A DNA stretch of 64,000 nucleotides from Chlorokybus atmophyticus. Lineage: Eukaryota; Plantae; Mesostigma and Chlorokybus algae. Position 1 is the stretch's first letter, and every line of letters starts with the position of its first letter. Under the pieces are notes generated by a model. That model did not search any database, was not told the origin of the DNA, and worked only from the letters and a program-made list of their open reading frames with translations. The translations under genes and the position numbers were made by a program. Location: positions 576,767-640,766 of the forward strand of contig RHPI01002990.1 in the NCBI GenBank assembly GCA_009103225.1, written 5' to 3'. Of this stretch, positions 49,782-63,026 are shown in pieces.

Positions 49782-52700
49782 ATGGTGAGACAGACAGCTG
49801 GTGCGCTGCATGCGGCGCTGCTCGTGCTGGCAGCTTTGCTGCACACAGCATGCGCAGACACAGGTATGGCCCACATAACAAGTTGGATTGCAAGTGCGAT
49901 TACATAGTCATGCTCGCAGAATTGTACGCGTGATTACATAGGCTGCAAACTGCAAGCATCCTTCCCAAATCAGCGCTTGCAGAGCTGCATTTGTGAACAC
50001 GCAGGCTCCATACTGCAAGAAAGCTTGCCACTCTCAATCTCCGCCTGCTGACCATGCATGTGCAGCTCATGTTTGTGGCACGTCACCGTCACCAACTGCA
50101 CTCGCAGATCAAGTGTTACAGCATTGTAGTATACACATTTCAGTACGGGAACTCTGTCGCTTTCTAGGCATTACGTATACAAGTAATAAGCAGAAGCGTG
50201 GTAGCAGTGACTGACTAACTTTCCCTTGTGTACAGTTAGCGTCTCCACCGCCTCGCAGTTGCTTAAAGAGTTGGCGGATCCTGCTGCGACCGAGATTGTG
50301 GTGACGGTACAGGCCTTGTCTCTCCCTGCAGGAGGTCTGCAGGTTGATCGCGCGGTCACGCTGCGTGGAGCTTCTACATTGAGAGGAAGAGTGCAGCTTA
50401 GCGGAACCGGTGTTCTCATACAAGTGGGGAGCCAGGGCACGCTTGCGGCGGCAGGGTTGAGCATCTCAAAAGCATCGGTTGCAACGGCAAGGGAGCTTTA
50501 TCGCTGTCTGAATGCGTTCGTCGTCTCTTTGTTGGCCTCATGCTAACTTGTCACAACTTCGCGCAGGGCTCTCCTGTGGTTGTGGAGGGTCAAGCGACAT
50601 TCACCGACTGCGAGTTTCTTGGAAATTTTGCTGGCGCTAATGGAGGTGCGATTTCCAGTACGGGTACTCTGACTCTTCAGGGCTGCTTGTTTGTGAACAA
50701 CACTGCCAACACAACCACCTTTGTAAGTACAGGCACTGACAATCAGCATGTGGTGTGTTGTACTCCTTTAGCGCTTAACACACTCACACTGCTCGTTGGA
50801 TATTGTTTACAGTATGGAGGGGCTGTTGCCAGTTCGAGAACCCTGACTGTAGTCGATTGCACCTTTGAAGGCAACACTGCGTCGGTATAGATTGTGAATA
50901 GTCACCCGTCTTGGACTGCTGTCCCTGTTGGTTACCATTCGCGTAGGCCTGCATATGTCTCACAGCACTTGCATGCATGCAGACTGCTGGCGCTGTGGCA
51001 GTGCTCAGCGGGAATGCGAGCATCATTGGCAGTAACTTCACCGGGAATACTGCACCCAATGTGGGGATCAGCATCGCTACTGTTTTGTGTGACGCGATCT
51101 GGCTGTGGCCACTGATGTGTACTCTTGTGGCAGGATGCTGGTGCAATCTCAAATGCGGGGTCCCTGGTGTTGAATCAGACGTTTTTCGCAGCAAACGGCG
51201 CTAGCTATACTGGCGGAACAATTCGCACAGACGGTGTGCTTATTGTTGACAGTTGCACCTTTGAAAACAATGGTGATCTCAACACGGTGCGTTGGTGTGT
51301 GTTGGTTGACGCAACACCGTAGTCAACAGCATGTCACCACTGGCCACTTAACTGTGGTGCAACTTGCAGTATGGCGGTGTGCTGTTCTCGTCATTTTCTT
51401 CAACTGTCACTCTCAGCAACAGTGCCTTCGATGGCAATTTTGCCTTGAACGGTGGCACCATCTACAATGCTGGGGACCTCACAGCTACAAGCTGCAACAT
51501 CACCAATAGTCAGGCTCCGGTATGATTTTATGACAGTAGGTACTTTGCAAATTAAAGACTTGGGCCAGGTGTAAGCTTATATTATATGGCAGGGCGGTGC
51601 TGCGTTGTTCGTATCCAGCCAAGGTGGCACAGCGATGAAGTTGATTGATTGCAGGATTACTGACAGCATTGCACCGGTGAGTTCGGTTCTTGCAGAAATG
51701 CAGATCAGTTCTCTTGTTTCTGCATTCTCTCCAGTGACTCAATGTCCATGCATGCATGCATTGCAGAACGATGGTGGCGGCATGCAGCTGGAAGACGGTA
51801 ACGGTGGATCCGCTGCTGTGTCCCTCTCAGGGTGTTTTTTCGAGCGCAATCAGGCACAGATTGGAGCTGGTGGAGCCATCTTCAACCATGCTGTCTTCAA
51901 CTTGACTATTGACAGCAGCACCTTTGTGGACAACTCGGCATATGTGAGTCTTTGCTTTGAACAGGATGATGCACGCTCAAGGACAAGTGACTTAATGCAT
52001 CTCGTATCACTTCAAACAGACATCGGGTGGCGCCATCCACAATGCCGTGCGTGCAACCATCACGTCCTCCACCTTCAAAAGGAACTCTGTTCAGGTATGC
52101 AGTTGTGCCTATGGCCAGCAGTGAGCGCTCTTTGGCTGTCCTTGCAAGAGGGAACTTTAATGAGAAACCGTCTCTTACAGACACAAAATGGTGGCGCCAT
52201 TACTAACCTGTTGGTGCTGGATGTGCGAAACTCAACATTTGCAGACAACGCTGCTTTGGTAAGATACTCAATAGCAAGCATGCAATGTTGCCACCACGGT
52301 TGTGCTTGACTATCGTCTTCATGTTGTGCAGGGCGGTGCTGGCATCTGGAACAGCGGCACCGACGCGTCGGTATGTTTGCCACGAGCTTTTAGAAAAGCG
52401 TGTTGTTCATGCAATGCATTTCGCTCACAGCTTCTTGACTGCAGCTGCAAGGCTTGAGTTACACTGTTAGAGCATTTGTGGATGGGAACTTGGCCCGAGT
52501 CACAAACTGCAGATTTTTGCGCAACCAAGCAACGGTACTTCTTGCATCGCAGCATATGTAGGTACCTCTCATGTCAATCCCTTCTGATGCGTACACTTCT
52601 GCACAGAATGCTGGTGGCGGCATTCTCCACGGCGCCGGCAACTTGATTGTCTCAGGCAGCTACTTCCAAGACAACACCGCTGCAACAGTGAGTCACTGCA

Positions 52701-55700
52701 TGACCCCACACGCGTGCATCGCAGTGCATTTTTAGTGTGCAACCAATGTGAATACGTGGGTTTGTTCTTGACACAGCTTGGTGGAGGTGGGCTGTATGCT
52801 GGTGGGTATGAGACATACAAGTTCTGCCGGCGGGGAGAGACCCTTATCCAGGTACATAGCAATGCATGTTGTTGAAAGCTCGATGTGTACTAACTGAAGT
52901 GATGGTTTACAGGATAGTAAATTTGTAAGCAATGATGCAATCTATGGTGGTGGCGCCTTTGTGCAAGGAGAGGCTTGCGTATACACTGCCAACGTCACAT
53001 TTGCTCAGTGCACCTTCACCAACAACAGGTTTGCACACTAGTTATTGCACCTGGCCAAGCATCAACTGTGCTGACATTTATGGTATGTTTGCTCCTGAAA
53101 GTGCCACAAGCGGAGGAGCCGTATATGCCACTTGCAAGTCTGGAGTATGTGCGTCCTACCTTGACTGCTCGTTTTCAGGCAACAAGTAATGCTCTTTGGT
53201 GCAATCTCATATCTCTTTATGCATTCCTGTGTTGGGTGGAGTCACAACAGTCAACTTCTTTTGCTGCCACAGAGCGCTGCAGGGCGCTGGAGGGGCCATT
53301 TACAGCGGGCTTCCTCCTAACATTACCTGCCCCTCGTCGACCGTTTCAGATTCTTCCAGCGGCTGTGAAAGTTGGGCAAACAACACTGCGCAAGGTGGTG
53401 GTTATGGGGATGTTGTAGCAACGCCGCCGGTGGTTCTCCGAACACCAACAGAGGTATGCTCAAAGCCAACCATCTCTTCTTGTGTGTGTGCGTATCTCCA
53501 CACCAAATGATATTGTGCATATTGTGCATTGCAGTTGTACTCTAGTCAAGCAAGCCGACAACCCCTTGCCAATTTCGCTGCGTCTCTCTATGACGGGTTT
53601 GGCACGATGGTCAAAGGTCTTCAGTATGATGGCAAAGTTGTCTCGCTGTCTATAGCGAACGGCACTGGCCAGCTTCAGGGCGCGGTGACGTCCGCATTCT
53701 TTAAAGGCGTGGCCAACTTTTCTGGTGTCAATGTGGACGACACGCCCGGAGCCAATGTGATCCGCCTCTCCGTGAGCAGCTTCACCTCTTCTCCCATTTC
53801 ATCTTCAGCCCCGCCGCCAGTGGTGGTTAGCAGTGAAGGCACTGTTGTCGTGGATATCCGGCCTTGCGTGGCCGGCGAGGTGCGCTCCGAGGACAACCGC
53901 ACCTGCTCGGTCTGTGCCATCCCTCGCTTCAGCTGGAACCCCAACAACGTTACGTGCGATGACTGCCCGGAGCACGCCATTTGCCAGTCAGGTATGAACA
54001 GGAAGTTGTTTCAAGAATGCGTCTCTTTTCTGTACTTCGTTGCAATGGCGTCTCATAGCAGTTGGTTTTTATAGGTGCGCGGGTGGCACCCGAAGACGGA
54101 TATTGGCACTCATCCCAGCAATCGTTTGTCTTCCATCAGTGCCCAAACACGGGTGCATGCATCTACAACAACCGTTCGGGTACAATTGATGCGGCCATCA
54201 TTTATGACAACTACACAACCGACCTCCAGTGCAGCGAAGGTTATTCCGGCAACCTCTGCGGTGTGTGCACGGAGGCATTCGGTGTCTCGGGCTTCCCTGG
54301 CGACTTCGTGTGCAGGCGCTGTCCCGGAAAGGGCTGGATGGCAATGTACTTCATCCTCTGGGTGCTCTTTCAGATCGGCCTCGTCGCCGGCCTAATCTTT
54401 CTCCATCTCGCCGCCAATGCTCCCTCCGCCCTCCGCCAGGACCGCACCCGCCTAAATGGTGCTGCCAGACTGAAGATTGTCATTCACTTCTTCCAGGTAG
54501 CTGTCGTCATCGATTGCACATGTGCATGCGGTCACTCGTCAATGTATATATCATATCAACAGCTGCTAAGGCTGGGGTTACATGCAGGTTGTGAGTCTGG
54601 CATACTACATTCAATACCAGTGGCCATTATTTGTGCAGTACCTTTTCGCAACTACGGGTACACTGAGTCTGTTTCAGAGTCTGTTAATTCCTCTTGAGTG
54701 TTTTGTCCAACGCGAACCGGGCGCCACGCTTTCGCCGGCATACCAGATCAACATCTTTTATGCGGTGCTGCCGTTCATCGCCTTCGCCCCCTCCCTTGTC
54801 TTTTGGCCCCTTCGCTACCGTGCGTATGTGGCCAGACGCAATGCCCTTGCATCAAGGGGCAACTCTGCGGCCAACGTCATCGAAGCCGCGGGCGCAGATG
54901 TTGACCTCGAGAGGAAGCACGAGAAGCAACACAGTAACAACGGCGTGCTTGCTCACGAGCGCGCCTCAGAGGACCTCAACCTTGCGCATGAACCCCACAT
55001 GGATACGGCCGCGCACTGGGAGGGGCAGCCACCAGCAGGATTCTTGGCTTCATCGCGGCCAAGCAATGTGGTGGATGCAGACAACTTGTGGCCCGCAGCT
55101 GCCCCGGATGGTACTCCACCAGAAGCCCTCGTCACGCTTCGCGTGCCTGCACCACACTATGAAAACGACATCATGCCAGGTATAGTCACGTGTGGGTACT
55201 GTTGCGCGCACGCGCATGCACATGCGCGTGTGCGCAATAGAATAGCCTACCTTCAACGCTTTACGTAGTCATGTAAACTTACCCACAGCGGAAGCAACCA
55301 GCACTTTGCGCTTACACTCGTTGCACTCGGAACCGGGCTTCGATGCCAACTCCGACATTGGGACCCCACCAGGTATGTCATGTTTGCGCTGCGTGGCAAG
55401 TAGCACGCAAGCAAGCATGGCATACTTTCACAGCATATGCTAACGTCTCTCCCCTGCAAAACTCTCTCTCAAATCTCTTCTGCGGACACATTAGGCATGC
55501 GTCTGCGAGCAAATACGCTCCGCCCGCAGACGCCAGCAACAGGTTATTATGAATCGATCAACCACAGTGACACACCGCTAGTGATAGCAACTAGCACAGC
55601 GGGTGCAAACGGGACTTGCATGAACTTGCAAGTCAACATGCTTTCCCCTCCTTTACTCTTTCCATTCTAAACAGGGCGGTTTGCGGCTGGGCACATGTCG

Positions 55701-56918
55701 CGTTCATCAACGGCGGCAGTGACGGCCGGCATGGACCAGCAACCTACACTCAAGTTCGGACAGTACCTCCGCCAGCGGTACGCCCTGTCGGCGGCGTGCA
55801 CAGCGCTGCTCATCTGGCCCTCTGTGGTCTCCAACATTGTCTCCATCTTCGCGTGCCGTCGCGTTGACCACGACATCAGCAGCGACCGTTACTACCAGAA
55901 CGCTATTGCTCAGGTGGGGGCAACTGACTCACTCTCATCTGGTGTGGCCCTTGTGTTGGACTTGCATCTCTGAATACCTCGTGTGCGAAATGCGATTGCA
56001 GGGTTACTACTGGCAGCAGGACCTCAATGAGCAGTGCTTTGCGGGGACCCATCTGAAGCACGTGCTGATCATCGGCGTGCCGGGGCTGCTCTTTTACTGC
56101 CTGCTCATCCCCGGTGCGCCACCACCATGTTTTTGATTGGTCATACTTTATTCCCATGTGTTGCTCATGTTGGTCTGTATCATTGTCTCAGGTGGTGTAA
56201 TCCTCTGGTTGTGGCACAAGAAGCGGTCGCTGAACAAAGCGCATGTGGTTGGTGCTCTCGGTGTGCTGTACCAGCAGTACCGGCCGACATGGTTTTTCTG
56301 GGATGGCGTGCTGCTGCTGCAGAAGTACCTGCTCATCATCAACTCCATCCTTCTGGACAAGTTTGGCGCCCAGCTTCAGATCTCCATTGCCTTTGCCATC
56401 ATCCTTGCCTCCGTCACCATCCAGTGGCATGTTGAACCCTTCACCACACGCCGCCTCAACTTCATCCATGCCCAGGCATGTCTTCACTGCGTGTGCATGT
56501 GCGTGCACGCGTGCATGCGTGTTTCCAGGAAAGCGTGCGCGCGCATATACAAGCTTGCTTGAGAGAGTCTACACGCACACTTGCGTGTCAGTGTGCTGTT
56601 GCATGCCACTTGCTGGACACCACGGAACCGTATGCAATAGCTCACTATGTGTCGTTGTTAATCGTGTCCACCCTTTTGCAGTCTTACTACACAGCCACGG
56701 CCACAGTATGGTTCGGAATGGTGTACTTCCTTGGTTTAAGTTCTGGCGTGTCTACGCTTGTGAGCGTGCTGCTCGGCGTGTTCTGCCTAGTCCCGGCCGT
56801 GCTCTTAAGCCTCACCGTCATGACCGGGCGCTTGCAAGACCACCGCAAGCTGTCGCCGCACCGAGACCACATCAAGGACACCAACAACGTCTCCGAGGGC
56901 AAGACCGCCAAGGCGTAA
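49782..56918 (+). CDS. Secreted/multipass membrane protein with polymorphic-membrane-protein-like (GGA[IV]/FxxN) beta-helix repeats, a Cys-rich region and several TM helices
   Basis: Signal peptide MVRQTAGALHAALLVLAALLHTACADT (49782-49863); more than 12 GGA(I/V)..FxxN units in short exons; CxxGE..CSVC..CDDCP..C; GYWHSS..CP..AC; CSEGYSGNLCGVC; hydrophobic helices (LKIVIHFFQVVSL; LLIWPSVVSNIVSIFAC; LGVLYQQY..FWDGVLLLQKYLL; HVEPF); stop TAA at 56916-56918. Confidence 0.85.
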
Positions 56919-57309
56919 AGCGGTGTACATAGGGCGCGGCAACATGCTCTTCTAGCCTACGGGTTGGAAGAGAGTGTCGTTCGGCTATTACCAACCAGTG
57001 TCGTGTGCTTTTATGTGTTGTGGACAATAGTAAAGCTCCCCATATACAATATACATAAATTATGTCAAACTTAACTTATGGTGTGCGCACACGTATTTGT
57101 AAAACATCTTCTCACTCGCCGTTGCAACCCTTGCAACCTTTTCTTTGCCAGAAACATTAGCCAGATGGAAGTCATGAAGTCAAACTACTTGAACTGTTCA
57201 TTACCTGTTATAAACATTACCCAACAGTGTGCAACCTGCACGCAGCCAGCATCTGTGAATTTGTCGTAACTGTGCTTGCATAATCAGTTGGTGTTTGGTT
57301 TGAAGTGGC

Positions 57310-57484
57310 CTAGTTGGAGGCGTGCAGGGGTTGCTTGTTGGAGCGATCTGAGCCGCTTGCACGCACAAAGCTCTTCGCGTGTGTGGTTGCCTTTGACCTC
57401 AGCTGCTTTATCTGCAGGACCCAACATGCATGAGTGTGTGTTAGGCATTCACTATGATGCGTGCGCGCGCGTGTATCAACTTGA

Positions 57485-57533
<49 letters not shown>

Positions 57534-57936
57534 TATGATGACTGTCTTCGGTTTGTAAACACCCAACATCGCACCTGTGATAGGTTCAAGCTGTGCAGGA
57601 ACTCCGTGAGCGAGAGGTCTTTGCCGGCATTCGTGTCAGCTGTGCCAAATATCTCCTCCAGTTGCTGCAATGGCGGAATGATGTTACAACAACTCCATCA
57701 GTTCTGTTGTAGTTACTCCTTACCAGTATCATCAATATTGCTATGCGCATACCGAGTCCAGCAGATTGCGCCCAAACCGCATGTACAGTATCTGCATGGC
57801 CTCCTCTGCCGACACCGTCCCGCTGCTGTCCTTGTCATTCATCATGAACTCCACCACATTGAACAATCGCCTAGGCTCGTACCCTGCGGTAGGCACGCAA
57901 ACCAACGACATCAGCAACACCAACCACAATTAGTCC

Positions 57937-57967
<31 letters not shown>

Positions 57968-58461
57968 GGGACAGCAACAACAACAGCAAAAACGATGACA
58001 ACAACGTTATCACTGTAAGTACCGGTTTTGTCGTTGCGGCATCGGTTGTACATTTGCTGGAATTCCACCCACGTCACAACTTTGTCGCAGTCCTCATCAA
58101 CCTCCCATATCATGTCCTCAATATCCCCCTGCACCACGCCCACATGCTTGCAAAGTTCAACGCAAGTTTGTGATAACAACATCATCATCAAGACTAGATG
58201 GAAAACGCCCTACCTTTTTGGTTTTGTGCCCCAGCTTTGAGAAGACCTCTGCCAGCTCCGCAGCGTCAATCTTTCCATCGCCTTTCGTGTCCAAACGGTC
58301 GAACGCCCTGCGCAAGTCCTCCGCCTCGTTTTTCCTCGCAAAGCGCTCCTAAAGTTGGGTATGATGAGATCGATTGTCGCCACACACAGGTAGTGACAGT
58401 GCGTATATGTATGATAACCAAGTGTGTGCACGTATTGTTATACCCTGGCTGCTTGGGACAT
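57310..58461 (-). CDS. Calmodulin-like EF-hand protein resembling flagellar outer-arm dynein light chain LC4
   Basis: Spliced MSQAAR|ERFARKNEAEDLRRAFDRLDTKGDGKIDAAELAEVFSKLGHKTKK|GDIEDMIWEVDEDCDKVVTWVEFQQMYNRCRNDKT|GYEPRRLFNVVEFMMNDKDSSGTVSAEEAMQILYMRFGRNLLDS|QLEEIFGTAD..FLHSLNLSQ|IKQLRSK..HASN*; EF-hand loops are clear, the LC4 assignment is from recalled family motifs. Confidence 0.78.
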
Positions 58462-58700
58462 TGCTGCTGTTGTGCTTCAGCCCGCCACCAGTCACACTTT
58501 TGCAGGAGAGAGAGTGGCTGTTAGAGCGAATTACCACGACTCAGTACTCAGGAATCTCATTGCCTGTGCCTTCGGTGGCTATGCTTACGCCTCCACTGCC
58601 GTTACTTCTGCCGTTACCTCTGCCGCCGCCGCCGCCGCCGCCCAAATTAGTCTGTCTGGCAGGGTGCACGCTTACTCGCAGGCAAGCGCACGTGATATTG

Positions 58701-58756
58701 TCGCAGTGCCGAAGGTTGGAACCCCAGATCTGGGGTTCGAACCTTCGGCACTGCGA
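58701..58756. repeat. 56-bp near-perfect palindrome
   Basis: TCGCAGTGCCGAAGGTT G GAACCCCA GATC TGGGGTTC G AACCTTCGGCACTGCGA; one G/G mismatch, no spacer. Confidence 0.97.
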
Positions 58757-58948
58757 AATATTTCTGCTAAAGAAAATGCTTTCTTGAGTTGTGGCCAGTG
58801 CTGCCAGTGCTGCCAGTGCACACAACTCAAGTTAGCATCTTCCTGGTGCACACTGTGCACCAGCAACATGAGTTTCATAGTGCATAATGCAGCAACTCGC
58901 ATTGCTGGTGCGCACAGTTGTGTGTTGCTGCTGCATACCGTATTCATG

Positions 58949-59043
58949 NNNNNNNNNNNNNNNNNNNNNNNNNNNNNNNNNNNNNNNNNNNNNNNNNNNN
59001 NNNNNNNNNNNNNNNNNNNNNNNNNNNNNNNNNNNNNNNNNNN
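58949..59043. other. Assembly gap (N run)
   Basis: 95 N. Confidence 0.97.
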
Positions 59044-62000
59044 CCCGGGTTTTAATGGAGGATTCCATTTGCACAATAGTATACATTAAAAAAAGAAACG
59101 ATAAGTAAAGCATGTTACAACGCAAACTGATGCACACAGCGACCATCCAGTGATCGTTATCGAGTTTCATATATGTTTCATCAAAAACGTATGCTATGCA
59201 AGACGTGCGCAATGCAGCTGCCACGCCAACAGTCTCGGATGTCTAAAGCGCGGTTCACCCTACAGACAATGTTTATATCGCACATGTGGACACCACGGCT
59301 GCATAAAGGTCGCTTGCCACGACGTAATGTCAACATTACATCACGCGACGAGCTCCTCAAGGACGAGCGGGAATCAGCTTCATACGACATCAATCAGATT
59401 GATGACATTGATGACAATGATTTTGGCGGCTTCGAGCAATCTGCGCGCGATATGTTGGCGGACCTCGACTTGAAGGGGAGCCATTGCGCCAGACTTGGTC
59501 ATATGCGACGCCTCTTACTCAAGGACATGGTACTACCTTAGTAAGTGTGTTGTCATTTATTAACCCTGCTATGTGCGCGCACAGAAACTCATTTGCAGGT
59601 TGAAAGACGTGCGAAACCAATCTCAAACAGACTTTGAGCTCCAATCTTCTCGGGTCATCAGACATAGACCGATGAACAGCATCAGTAGCCTTTGCTACTA
59701 CAGCCCTTAAGGCACGTCAACGACTAGTCCACTCTGACTTCAATTGAGCTGGGTGCATTATATGTTAACACTATTGAGAAGCGCGCGTGCGTATGTAGGT
59801 TTCCCCTTGTGCGATGGGATACACCATAGCGCATGCTTACAGCAACCGGTGCTTTCAGAGCAGGCTTAATCGCTGAGCACCGCATAGAACGTGCAATAGC
59901 TATCGTGCGAGAGTGGGTACACTACGGCTTTAATTGTTATTGCTTTAGCGTGTTGATTAACATTAGCTACCTAGTATTGATTATTAGACTTCATAATGAA
60001 CATCTTGCGGTTTAGTCTAAAAAGTTTATTCACACACATTCATGCAAGGCGCATGCATTCTTGCCTTGCAATTGATATAAATTTGCAAGGCTCCGCAACA
60101 AATCCTTGCGACTCTTTGCCAAAAAGACTTTTGCCAAGCAAAAAGACTCTAAAAGTAGTAAAAATGCTGAAACGTTTGCGCACACAACTCGCAGCTCGGA
60201 TGTTAAACACATGCGACCATCATTGTTAAAATGAACAATATGATGCTGCACACAACATAAATTGTCCCAGTATGTTGGTTGCCGTGCTGTGCGTTCTTTA
60301 ATTTCGTAATAACTCGTGCATGGTGCTCACATGTTGCTAAACAACGTGGGTGTCTCCGCAATCAATAAACGACGAGTTTAATGTCCGTTACATAATTGCC
60401 AACAAGCGGAATGCAAAAGCAATCTGAGAGGGGCGAGTCTAGTTTAGCCACCCAGCGCATAGTAATAAATACATTTTATACGCTGCAATAACAAGTTCCC
60501 TAAGGCCACCTTGTAACAAACACCAAACTGCAGAGTCATGAGTCTTACGCTATTTAATCCTTTAAGCAACTATAATTAGGCATGATAAGGTTCAACATGG
60601 GTTAACGTAGGAACGTAGACCACACCGAGGTGGAGGTTGCAGTACACGATCTTCGCATGTGTCCGATCACGATAACAAGCGTGATTCGTGCGCACTTAAA
60701 CACCTACAGCGTCTTAAAGCCATTAGCTATGCCTCCGAAGAACTTGCATTCCAATGTGTAGGTTTCCCTCAGTGCAGCAAGGTATGTCATATCGCACACT
60801 CACAATAGCAGAGCAGGCATTATTAAGTGGTACGTGCCATCATTAACAACCACCAATTAAGAGTGGGTAGACGATGGCTTAGTGCTTAAACTTAAAGATT
60901 TTAACGTGTTGACTAACATGAGCTACGCCGTACTCGAGTGGAGGTTGAGTCTTGCGGTGTAACTTTAATGTTCAACATTATAATTACAACTGCAATTCAT
61001 GTAGTACATAAATTTGTGTAAAGCGCATGCATTCTTTTTTGCATACATGGCTACGGGACACATATCCTTGACATGTGGCTCCATCTATGGCAACGATTTT
61101 AAATTGCTACCATAGCCTACTAGTTGAAGCGCCAGTATTGCATTTGTCTTGCATTCAATTGTACAGACCTGCATTTGATACGTTTTGCCAAAGCGCTCCA
61201 ACACCTGTACGCCGTGCACATTGTGACACAAGTTGCAATCTGGATGTTGAACCTTTTAAAGTACATGCGGTAAATCATTGATAAGAAGAACAACCTGGCT
61301 TTTGCATTTTGCCGTTAAAGGCCGCCTTCTTCGGACGATAGAAGCTTGACGGTTAAGAATTGGCCACTTGGGCACTCAAATGACAATGAGGCCCCCTCGG
61401 CTTGGATAGTATATAAGTGTTAGCTTCGCTTACCGTTAGCGGCGTTGAACGCCGGCAGCCGTGAGCAGCACTCTTTGAAAAGCGCCGTGGGATCAACGAG
61501 GTGTTGCGCAAGATATTTAACATCGACAGCTTGCGAGCCGGACAACAACGGTCAGGACATTCTGCACATGAGTTGTGTGCTAATAAGCAATGTGTTGGGC
61601 GACATGTTTGTGATGCTTATGGCAATCTCGTTTATGATAATTGACGATAGGAGGACAGCGACAACGATGACAATAAAGGGGCAAACGTTGTGGACCAGCA
61701 CGTCCTTCATGTGACAGCAAAGGAGATTGAGGGTAGCTGCCAGGTTTGTCAACTTGCTCGTTTGCAAGTGGTTACAGGCAAGAGAGCACCAAACACCTCT
61801 CTTTTATCAACTTGCACGACTTAGGCTAAGTCGAATACTTTAACAATAGATAACTTGATTAATTTATGGTTTTCTCTGTTTAAGTATGATTTCGCACATT
61901 GATTTAAACACTTACGGCCTGACCTAACTTATTTATTTTTAAGTGCAAGCAATTTATCATAACTTGTTGATGCGATAACATTGTGCTAAGCGTACTATGG

Positions 62001-62555
62001 ATATTGCCTTCAGCACACTGAAACAACAGACTTACATGAATGACATTTACACGCGCATTTCAATGTCAGTTGTCGCAGCAATGTATATATTAGATTATAA
62101 CTGTTTTGCGCATTTCGTCAATGAATCATATGTCACACGTCGGACATGAATCAGTTATTATTACTCATGCATATCCGCATACTACAGTATCATTACGATG
62201 TCATTCACATATTAAATTGAATGTGATCCATTGACTATGTAACAGTTGGTCAGTTGGTCAAATGAGTTACATTGCATGTTTAAAAAGTACAGAATGAGTA
62301 CTGGCGTGCTAATATACCGTAGTGCCACATACATTACAACCCACATCCATATTCCTGCATTATTTTTTACTTCGACCCATGACAAGCAATTATTGCATTT
62401 CAAGTAGCAGCGTCAATGGGTTTTTACGGTTTTCGACCCGCCGTTCTGTGTGTCGTCGTTACAGACTGTACTGTTGTGCTACATCGTACATTGCACTTGT
62501 CAGTGCGACGCTGCAGCAGCGCTGTACGCGCGGTACAGTACAGTGTTACCGTATA

Positions 62556-63026
62556 CAGTCTACCCCCGTTAAAAGATTTCGCTTTAAGGGGATAACCCCG
62601 TTAAGATCATCGTTTTGCAAAAGACCGATCGTTTTACAGGCAAATATCTTCAAATAGTGGAATAGTCTTGTACGTAATAAGACTAAAGAGAAGGCTTGGA
62701 ATTCCAAGTGGGGTCAGTCTTGTAATGGGGGAATACCTTGTTAGCAGCATAACTATTTCGCTGATATTAGAATAAACATCACCTTCAACAATAGAAGCCA
62801 TGTATGTCTCTATATAATATATACAGGATATGTAGATTGTATATCTGGCACGTCAGCATATGATGACGTGGCCTATAGTTTTCAGTCAATACCCCCATTC
62901 ACAGAATATATATTCTTTAACGATAAAAGAATATATATATATATTCTAATCAACGCCAAGAGAATAACCCCGTTAGTGGAATGAAAAGCTGAAGGATAAA
63001 ATGATTCTTGTGACGGGGGTAGACTG
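62556..63026 (+). mobile_element. 471-bp MITE with perfect 14-bp TIRs and TA target duplication (Tc1/mariner type)
   Basis: TA-CAGTCTACCCCCGT...ACGGGGGTAGACTG-TA; homologous to 34594-35119; the adjacent sequence CTGTTACCGTACAATGCTGC resembles the reconstructed empty site. Confidence 0.92.
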
